A model generated the notes under the pieces. That model worked only from the letters and a program-made list of their open reading frames with translations, had not been told where the DNA came from and did not search any database. A DNA stretch of 63,394 nt, filler included, from Chrysochromulina tobinii (lineage: Eukaryota): NCBI GenBank assembly GCA_001275005.1. It is 9 parts of 9 records of this genome, joined end to end, with 100 filler letters (N's around TTAATTAATTAA, not from the genome) between each part and the next. Parts side by side here need not be neighbours in the genome. Positions count along the whole stretch, not along the records: positions 51,264 to 60,458 come from JWZX01000504.1; positions 60,559 to 63,394 come from JWZX01000513.1; 7 more parts are not named here. One strand, given 5' to 3'. Positions 54,794-63,394 of the stretch are shown piece by piece. The translations under genes were made by a program, and so were the position numbers. Every line of letters begins with the position of its first letter. The stretch's first letter is position 1.

Positions 54794-56115
54794 AGTGGCT
54801 TCCGAGCGATTGCTGACGGCGACACAGTCCCGCGCACATGTCGAGGCTGACTTTTTAACGCTCAGAAGTTCTTTCAATATTGGTCCCAGGCGTCCGAGCC
54901 GCCCAGCCGATGCTGCGATCCGTGCCGCCGTTCCCGCCAACCGCGCAGGATCGAGCTGAACGGGTGAATCTGGTAGCGCGACGAGGAGTGCGTCATGAGC
55001 AGCCTGATGAAGGTGCCTGGGCCGTCCGTTCTCGGGGACGCCGGTTTGTAACGAACGTCTCTTCTGCGCCCGTTTTTCCACAGTTTCTGGATGGGGCCCT
55101 CGCAGTGCAGACACCCTCGCGAGCGAGCCCGCGGCGGGGGTTTCCGAATCTCCATTCCCCTCTGGTTACACGCTTACACCGGCTTCTCCAGGGTTGACGT
55201 ACACCTGCTACCTGGTAGGTCCCCAACTGACTCCCTGCGTAGTGAATAACGCTCCCCCATTTTGACACTGTTATGAATAACATGCCCAAGTTTGACAAAA
55301 CTTTAAAAATGTCGGTGCACGGTGCTCCGCGTCCGCCGGTTGCCGGTGTGGGCAGCGGCCGGCCTTGGGCGGGCGGGCGCCGCCCGCGCTGGTATGAAAC
55401 TCGTACAGAAACCCATTCGTACACCACACCGCAAACGAAAAGACACAAATGTGTCACAGGAGCGGGTGGCGTGTCTGCAGGAGGAGCTTCCATGTGGACG
55501 GAATGGCGTGGCGTGATCGCCGAGAGAGAGGCTGCGCGCGTCGAGAGAGAGGCTGCGCGCGTCGAGCGCGAGCAGCATGCCAGCGAGCGCGCGGCAGGGC
55601 GTGAGCGTGAGCGCGAGCGGCATGCCAGCGAGCGGCATGCCAGCGAGCGTATCTCGCCGCATGCGACGTGTTGCACGCCGGCGTGAAACGAGATCCGACA
55701 AACTTTTCGACACCTGCAATGCGGGACCCCATTCGACTTTTTCTCGGCGACCGCGCCGCGTTCAGATGCGTGAGTCCTATTGAAGGTGCGTGAGGGTCCG
55801 CCGTGGGCGTTTGGGACCGGTCAAACGAGTACTGTACCGACCTCGTACATGCTTGGGCCGGAGGTACACGCATCAGTAACGTGTGTAGGTTTTACTAACG
55901 GCCCGCATTCACTCATTTGTCGGACCGCGACGCGCTCGGTTTCACCGCCTGGCATGCAACACGTCTGGGCTGTGGCCCTGGCACGACCTGCCGATCCCGC
56001 AGATAGATCCCAGTGTCTGAGACGGCAGCGTCTCTCTTTGCGCTATTTCTGTTTCGGTACCTTTACGCTAACTTGCACTCACGTTTCATCTATTTCAGCC
56101 TCCCCTACAGAAAAC

Positions 56116-59100
56116 TTACGCCACGTCCGCGTCTGCGCCTCGGCGCGATGCCCTCTCCTGCGCCCGTCGTTGGATCATTGCCAAAATTCGGGTTGTATGC
56201 TTACGGTGGCGCTCTTTAATCTCCTCAATCTCCCTGAGTTGCTGGATTTCGATGCGCTGCATGATCGCCCTGTCGTCTATGTCGCCATCATCGTCGTCGT
56301 CGAGTGCGCACGCTCGGCTACCGCCACTCCCTCCGTCAACACTATCTCCTCCGCCAACACCACCGACGCCGCTTTGCGCCATCGAGCCTTGGGCTGAGGA
56401 AGATGCTGCATTCATCGCCCCAGATCCATTGCCAACCGCGAGGGTTCCATTAACAGCTCGCATTCCTGGAGCATGTAAGCTTGATGCTGTGGAGGTACTG
56501 ACGCTGACGCTGGCGCACACACCACCTTGGGCGAAGAGCGGTATGCCGCCAGGACTCTTGGGATCAGGCGAAGCCTGCACAGATGGAGCCAGTGCTGCGA
56601 TCGGCGACGACAGATCGAGCGTCGTCGGCAAATGAAGTGGTGCTGGCGGCATGGTACCAACGACCATCCCGACGGAAGCACCCTCACCAGCTCTCAGTGC
56701 AGCGAATACCTGATGGCCAGTCCGTTCTGACTCCGGCTCGACCTCATCCGTAGCGGTGGCTGACGCAAGTGCACCTCCAGCCCCCAGTGCGGGTGGGCTG
56801 ACACCGGACGAAGCGTGTATCGCACCAGCTGGTTGCCCCGACGATACCAGTGCACGCAGCGGAATGTGCAAAGACGCATCCGTTGCCGTCGGCGCATCAG
56901 CAGCCAGAAGAGCAGCCAAGTGTGGTGGCACCGCATGCATGGGAGCGCTCGAAAATGTCGGTTGCTGCGAGGCAAGCGATTCAGGAAAGATTGCTGCCAG
57001 CTGTGGGTTGTCAAACGCGTCCGACGACAGGTGGCAAAGAGCGTGGCCATGCGATTGGGACAGCCGCATGTGCTCAACAATTGCGTGCTGCGTCTCGGAC
57101 CCGGACGACGGGTCCATGAAAGGCATTCGGGGCTGGGCCGTGAGTCGTGCGCTCGGCTGCTCCCCGGCCGGCTCCAACGGTGGCTCCGCAGGTGCTTCCA
57201 TGAGCGCCTCCAAGGATGGTTCCGTGTGCGCGAGTCGAACTAGCTCGATCTGTCGGATGATGTCGGTTATCGTCTCCTCTGATTCCCCCATGTGAAGCTC
57301 GTCCACCATCTCTTTCGCGACCGCACGGGGCGTGTCGTGATTAAAATCCATGGGAAAGGTGACCGTCCTCTGCTCGCCCTCGACAATCACTCGGCAGGTG
57401 ACCTCTACTACGGTGATGCACGTCGTGCTCCCAGTCTGCTTGGGCGATTTCTGACACGAGACGCCACTGCAAGATGCGCACGTCGCAGAAACGCCACCGC
57501 ACTGCGAATATGAAGGGTTCACCGCCATTACCGGCGGAGTCGTCTCGATGAGGTCGGGCCCTCTCGTCTCGCTATGTACAGCAACAATCTCTGCCGCTGA
57601 ATGTTCGCCGACCATTAGCCCCGCACGAGCGATGGCATGTGTATCCTGTTGGGCACAGCTCGCAACCGGCGGCGCCACATGAGGCCCCTGCGTTGCATCA
57701 GCTGTTAGCAATGGCGAATCCTTGACGTTCATACACGCAAGCGCCTCGGTCCTTCCTCCTACACTGTGGCCGGGCGCGCTTACAACGCCTCCTGCCTCAG
57801 GCATCAGTTTAGCAGACGAAGATGAGGCCTGATTTGCGACACTCAAGACAGGTGCAAAACTTGTTGTCCCGACCGAGTCGCCAAGCTGAGGCGGCAGTTG
57901 AGAAGCGGTCACGAGCTGGTGCTGAGGAAGCTGTGGGTATTGGTGTGGCTGTTGGGCCGAGGCTGAATTTGCCGGCGGCGGCGATGGTTGCAGCTGCTGA
58001 TTGGATGCCGCTTCCCTGGAAGGGGCCGTGAGCTCCCGCTTCGGGAGCAGTTCTACTGGCTCATCGTCCTTGGTGCCTGGGCCGCCAAAAGGGGGCTGCC
58101 ACACAAAGCAGAAGAGCAGAACAGCAAACGTGAGCCACGTTGAAATGGGGAGAGGCAAGAGGCCCCGAGAAGACAGGAAAGGGCAGCCCAGACATGCGCT
58201 GGTAGCGGGTCTCAAGATGATGCGCAAGCATCTATCGCGCCACGGTGCCGATAGCATCGAGGAGCCGGGGCAGCTCATAGCGGCAAGAGAGTGCTGACCT
58301 GCAGGTAATCGTGGTCGAGAAGCGCTGTGGCCGAGGGGCGAATGCCGTGGTCGTGCTGAAGACATTCCTCTATGAAGCGCTTGGTCTCCCCATCGACGAT
58401 CTTCTGCAGCGAGGCGGGTTTGCTACGCTGCGTGACTTTCCTGTATATTTGAGCTGCGTTCAAGCATTCCGAGTATGGGTACTCGGATGTCACCATCTCA
58501 AGCACGCACATGCCGAAGGCATATATGTCGACTTTCTCATCGTAGAGCTCGTCGTACAATTCGGGGGCCATGAACTCGGGCGTACCAAGCACCGACTGCG
58601 CCTGTCCCTGGCCTTCGCGCATAAGCGTCGAGAGGCCGAGATCGCCAATCTTAATCTCGGAGTTGTTCCCGTTGATAAAGATGTTGTCGCATTTGAGATC
58701 GCGGTGGATGATACTGAAAGGGGCGTGCGCGTGGATCATTAGAAGGTCAGATGCGGGGCAGGCATCGTCACCGGCCGAACGTAGATGTGGCATGACAACG
58801 GGCAAGTGGCTCTTTGTACGTGCATGCGGTGGCGGATAAGGCACAAGAGCCATGCGTGCTGCATGAGGGGAGCGTGGACAAGTGCCGAGACGAGGGGAGG
58901 GGCACGAACCGTCGAGCATGCAAGAAGGACAACCCATCCAAGATCTGCCGACACCACTTCTTTACCACCTTACGCTTCACGCGCTTGGCCTTGTGGATGT
59001 ACCTGCATACAGCGCGAAACCAAAAGCAGATATCGAACGCAAGGAGGGGGCTGAGAATGCAAGCAGCGCATCGGGCTCCCTCACTGTTTGAGCGTGCCCG

Positions 59101-59557
59101 AGGTCATAATCTCCGTGATGAAGACTATCTGCTTGGTACTTGGCAGGTCGAAGTAGGCCAAAAATGTGAGAATGTGCTGACGGGAAAGGGAGACGATGCA
59201 AACATGTGAGGGCGGTGCAGTCTGGTTGGCTTCTGGATTCGACTGCGCAGAAGATGGTCAAACCTTGTGCGTCAACGACCTGAGGAGATCCACCTCCGTG
59301 TGTATCTGGGTCTTTTCCGCTTCGCCAACACGGTCCATGTTGACCTGACACCACGCCACTTCGATGCCTTCCTCCTCGTCATATCCCTTGAACACGGCTT
59401 TGAAGGCGCCGTGGCCGAGCTGCTGGTTGAACTGTGCAACCAGCAGGGCGCACAAGTCAGATCGTGTGTATACACGAATAGATCGAGCGAGGAGACGCAC
59501 CCGAGAGTAGCGCCCGTCGGGTGATCTCTCAACGATGAAATCCTCGGCTTCGCTCAT
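56116..59557 (-). CDS. WNK: WNK-family Ser/Thr kinase (about six exons)
   Basis: [12 protein letters not shown] (catalytic Lys in subdomain I), [51 protein letters not shown]-like [20 protein letters not shown]. Confidence 0.92.
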
Positions 59558-60049
59558 GCCCCGACAAGCGCAGCCTTAGAGGGAGAGGGTCGAAGCGCGT
59601 TGTATCGAGCATCGTCAAGCCTCCGGAACCTCGGAGGGTCCGGTTTTAAGGCACAATGCCGAGGGACCACCTCCCGGTACTACGAAACTAAAAATCCTGG
59701 GGACCCTGAAAAAGGCGTGTTGCAGCCTTTCTCCTCCGTCCTACCTTTTTTTTGCGCACCGCGCGCATGCGCGCGCCTCCGCGCCCCGCTGCGACCGGCT
59801 CCAGGCGCGTCGGCGGACGGCGCTGCTCCCAACCATCTCTACATTCGCCATCGACCTGCGCGCGCCCCCTTCGCCGCGCGCCTTGACGCGCGCGCGCTAC
59901 GGAGGAGCTGCGCTCGGACTCCCAAGCTCGGGCCTCAATGGGGGCCAACGAACCGCCCCCTGGCCCTGCCAAGGGGGAGTTCCAGCCACCCGATGGTCGC
60001 CCGCCTCGTTAGGTACGGTCCGGTGAGACAAAAGAAAAACTTTTCTAAT

Positions 60050-60365
60050 CCGAGGGCAATCAGAGGTAATCAGAGGGGATAATTTGCAATCAGAGGCAAT
60101 CAGTGGCAATCAGTGGCCATTCTGAGACAATCTGTACAGAGGCTCCTGAGAGGTCAGCAGAGGCACTCAGAGGGCACTCAGAAGCAATCATAGGCAATCA
60201 GTGGTTAATCAGTGGCAATCAGTGGCAATCAGTGGTTACTCAAAGGCACTCAGAGGCACTCAGAGGCCATCCGTGGTCATCAGAGGCACTCAGAGGCACT
60301 CAGAGGCACTCAGACGCACTCAGAGGCACTCAGACGCAATCAGACGCAATCACAGGCACTCAGCA
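60050..60365. repeat. 10-bp GAGGCACTCA/GAGGCAATCA satellite
   Basis: Same unit family as in the transporter introns. Confidence 0.9.
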
Positions 60366-60667
60366 GCATACCCTTGCATTTCCCTGCCCCAGAGCAGCGA
60401 CCGGGCTGTAGCTTCCCTAGATGGAAGCTAAAAAACGGGACGGACTGAGGACTTACTTNNNNNNNNNNNNNNNNNNNNNNNNNNNNNNNNNNNNNNNNNN
60501 NNTTAATTAATTAANNNNNNNNNNNNNNNNNNNNNNNNNNNNNNNNNNNNNNNNNNNNCATGGGGATCACCAGGGCCTTCTTTCACACAATCAACGCCAC
60601 TCACGTCTCCTACATGCAAAGCCAAGAAGGCTGTCGGCCGTGCTTGCAACCTAAAGGAAGCCTAACT

Positions 60668-60908
60668 CGAACTTGAACTTGAACCACACGCGCGCCGTGT
60701 CGTGCGCGTGGACCGCCCGGGGCGAACCACACAACGAAGTGGCCTCCGCTCGAGGCACGATATACCCGTGAATTCTACAGTCGCTCGAAGGTGTGTGTTC
60801 AAGTTCAAGTTACTACGTATAAAACAGACAAGCTATGGAAGCCGAACTTGAACTTGAACAAGCAAGCTTGCTGCGTGCTTCTTAAACTTGAACATGAACT
60901 TGAACTTG
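60668..60908. repeat. (AACTTG)n inverted and direct repeats, possible small foldback element
   Basis: AACTTGAACTTGAAC at ~60670 versus GTTCAAGTTCAAGTT at ~60797; further copies at 60844-60908. Confidence 0.7.
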
Positions 60909-60969
60909 TATGTTTTTGTTTCCGGTTACCCGCAGGGGAATCTCCGGGGGACGCGGAGAGAAATGACGT

Positions 60970-62236
60970 GAGCGGTGACTTGGTCTTCGTCGAGAACAGT
61001 GTCGCGATCGCACAGGCCGGCGCCATCGCGCCGCTCGTGACGATGGTGCAGAGCGGCACGGATGGCCAAAAGGAGGAAGCGGCGGGCGCGCTGCGGAACC
61101 TTGCCCGAATCTACGAGAACAGTGTCGCGATCGCAGAGGCCGGCGCCATCGCGCCGCTCGTGACGCTGGTGCAGAGCGGCACGGATGGCCAAAAGGAGGA
61201 ATCGGCGGGTGCGCTGCGGAACCTTGCCCGAAACGCCGGGAACAGCGTCGCGATCACCCAGGCCCGCGCCATCGCTCTGCTCGTGACGCTGGTGCAGAGC
61301 GGCACGGATGGCCAAAAGGAGGAAGCGGCGGGTGCGCTGTGCATGCTTACCCTCGACGCCGGGAACAGGGTTGCGATCGCAGAGGCCGGCGCCATCGCGC
61401 CGCTCGTGACGATGGTGCAGAGCGGCACGGACCGCCAAAAGTCGAACGCGGCGGGCGCGCTGCGGAACCTTGCCCGAATCTACGAGAACAGTGTCGCGAT
61501 CGCAGAGGCCGGCGCCATCGCGCCGCTCGTGACGCTGGTGCAGAGCGGCACGGATGGCCAAAAGGAGGAATCGGCGGGTGCACTTCGGAACCTTGCCCGA
61601 AACGCCGGGAACAGCGTCGCGATCACCCAGGCCGGCGCCATCGCGCCGCTCGTGACGCTGGCGCAGAGCGGCACGGATGGCCAAAAGGAGGAAGCGGCGG
61701 GTGCGCTGTGCATGCTTACCCTCGACGCCGGGAACAGGGTTGCTGTTGCAGAGGCCGGCGCCATCGCTCTGCTCGTGACGCTGGTGCAGAGCGGCACGGA
61801 TGGCCAAAAGGAGGAAGCGGCGGGTGCGCTGCGGAACCTTGCCCGAAACGCCGGGAACAGCGTCGCGATCACCCAGGCCGGCGCCATCGCGCCGCTCGTG
61901 ACGCTGGTGCAGAGCGGCACGGATGGCCAAAAGGAGGAAGCGGCGGGTGCGCTGTGCATGCTTACCCTCGACGCCGGGAACAGGGTTGCGATCGCAGAGG
62001 CCGGCGCCATCGCGCCGCTCGTGACGCTGGTGCAGAGCGGCACGGACCGCCAAAAGTCGAACGCCGCGGGTGCGCTGCGGAACCTTGCCCGAAACTACGA
62101 GACCAGTGTCGCGCCGTCCATGACGCTGGTGCAGAGCGGCACGGATGGCCAAACTGAACAAGCGGTGTGTTTGCTGTGTGGTCTCACCATCGCGCAGCTC
62201 TGGACGGTGGTGCAGAGGGCCTGGTCGTGGGTGTGA
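60970..62236 (+). CDS. Armadillo-repeat (Vac8-like) protein, 5' end uncertain
   Basis: About nine to ten 41-aa repeats NxVAIAEAGAIAPLVTLVQSGTDGQKEEAAGALRNLA, nearly identical at DNA level (123-bp unit). Confidence 0.85.
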
Positions 62237-62727
62237 GCCGTCGAACCTTGGATACGGTGCCACAGTTCGGCTTGAATCCACAGCTGCACAGGGTCCCTGA
62301 TTCAGGGTCGCGTAGTGGTCGCGCGCGAAGACCTATGAACGGGAACGAGCAAAGGGTAGGCCTAGGTATAAATGGGGGGGGGCATGGGGGGGTGCATCGG
62401 TATGAGGGCATAGGGTGATAGCAGATAGGGAGGACATGGGGGGCAAAGAGCTGAGAGGGGCAAAGGAGGGCAAAGGTAAGCAGGGCATAGGAGGGCAATA
62501 GGGAGTCGGAGTGCGAATAGGTATAGGACCTTAGGACGGGCATAAGGCGTATAGGCGAGGGACGGACGGGAGAGACGGCGAGAGATCAGAGATAAACGAT
62601 AAAATCACACGGATCGAGCGAACGCGCGCAGACGGCTGACGGGAGAGAGACGCGGGTTCGGTTCTGTGCTCGCTGCGCCTGTTCTTTGACTGCGTGCGAC
62701 GGGGACCGTCTGGGATCGGCGGGTCGT

Positions 62728-63045
62728 GCCTTAAGCCGGGAGGGGGTGACTTAAGCCGCGCCGGTACTTAAGTCGGGTCGCCGCGACTTAAGATGAAATC
62801 TCCCTTAAGTCACGCGTGCTCCGACTTAAGTCGCCGGGGCCGACTTAAGTCGGTGCACGGGCCGACTTAAGTCGGGTAGTCGGCCCCGGCGACTTAAGTC
62901 GAGGCCGCCCCCAGCTTAAGTCGGCCCGGTGACTTAAGTCACCCGCGGCACCGACTTAAGTCGGCCCGGTGGTTTAAGTCGCGGTGTGGGTGGTTTAAGT
63001 CACCGGGAGTGGTTTAAGTCGGCCGTGCTCTAGCTTAAGTCGCGC
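62728..63045. repeat. Array of palindromic (A)CTTAAG(T) motifs
   Basis: More than a dozen CTTAAG/TTTAAG cores at irregular ~15-30 bp spacing. Confidence 0.85.
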
Positions 63046-63287
63046 AGTACTGATACACTCAGTCGCGTGCTCGGCCTCGAGCGCTGGCGGGCATCACGAG
63101 TTGCGTCGGCATCGCCGTCGGTGCGGCGGGCGCGCGGCCTCGGCGGCGCCTGCCCCCAGCTCTAGCTTAAATCGCGCCGTACTGAGATACACTCAGTCGC
63201 GTGCTCGGCCTCGAGCACTGGCCGGCATCACGATTGCGTCGGCATCGCCGTCGGTGCGGCGGGCGCGCGGCCTCGGCGGCGCCTGCC
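63028..63287. repeat. Tandem duplication of ~130 bp
   Basis: CTCTAGCTTAA...GATACACTCAGTCGCGTGCTCGGCC...GGCGCCTGCC occurs twice. Confidence 0.85.
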
Positions 63288-63394
63288 GCAGTGGGGGCGA
63301 GCGCTCACATTCGGTTCACCTGCCGATGGCGCAGGAGGGAATCCCCCTTGCGCTTGCCAGCCGACGTAGAAGGCGGTTCGGCCTCCTTGTGGCT

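Noticed and set aside
18749..60558. TTAATTAATTAA recurring eight times inside N runs; ORFs ending in LIN
   Set aside because: Synthetic six-frame-stop contig linker, not biological.
60926..62281. 451-aa minus-strand repeat ORF
   Set aside because: Antisense shadow of the ARM array.
62728..63045. Possible CRISPR array
   Set aside because: The core is only 6-10 bp, the spacers are short and related to each other, there are no cas genes and the context is eukaryotic.
1..63394. tRNA, rRNA or other structured RNA genes
   Set aside because: None recognised by eye; tRNAscan-SE or Infernal would be needed to exclude them.

Overview
A GC-rich eukaryotic window, probably a haptophyte alga (inferred from a bipartite plastid-targeted FKBP, a haptophyte-style AP2 domain, flagellar CCDC39 and short GT-AG introns). 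It consists of nine contigs joined by eight identical 100-bp N/TTAATTAATTAA/N linkers, so linkage across linkers is unproven. Genes: ArfGAP, ankyrin/EF-hand protein, PP2C-kinase fusion, tandem SpoVS-domain protein, XRCC3, NHE exchanger, ankyrin/Gly-Met protein, CCDC39, membrane and secreted proteins, pyroglutamyl peptidase, STPG-repeat protein, FKBP, Fe-S ferredoxin, WW protein, an AP2/zf-CW/GRF regulator, a bacterial-type beta-helix protein, a PHO84-like transporter, DPAGT1, WNK kinase and an ARM-repeat protein. Two observations stand out. (1) A degenerate non-LTR retroelement at about 23600-29535 appears to encode RT, then a family-A (TV-Pol-like) DNA polymerase domain, then RNase H. The polymerase is split by a ~670-bp internal inversion, and re-inverting it restores the reading frame at both junctions. 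(2) Several introns share a 17-bp motif and/or contain copies of their own flanking exon sequence, one copy spanning the spliced junction, which suggests an intron-gain mechanism. All family calls rest on motif recognition by eye; no searches were run.
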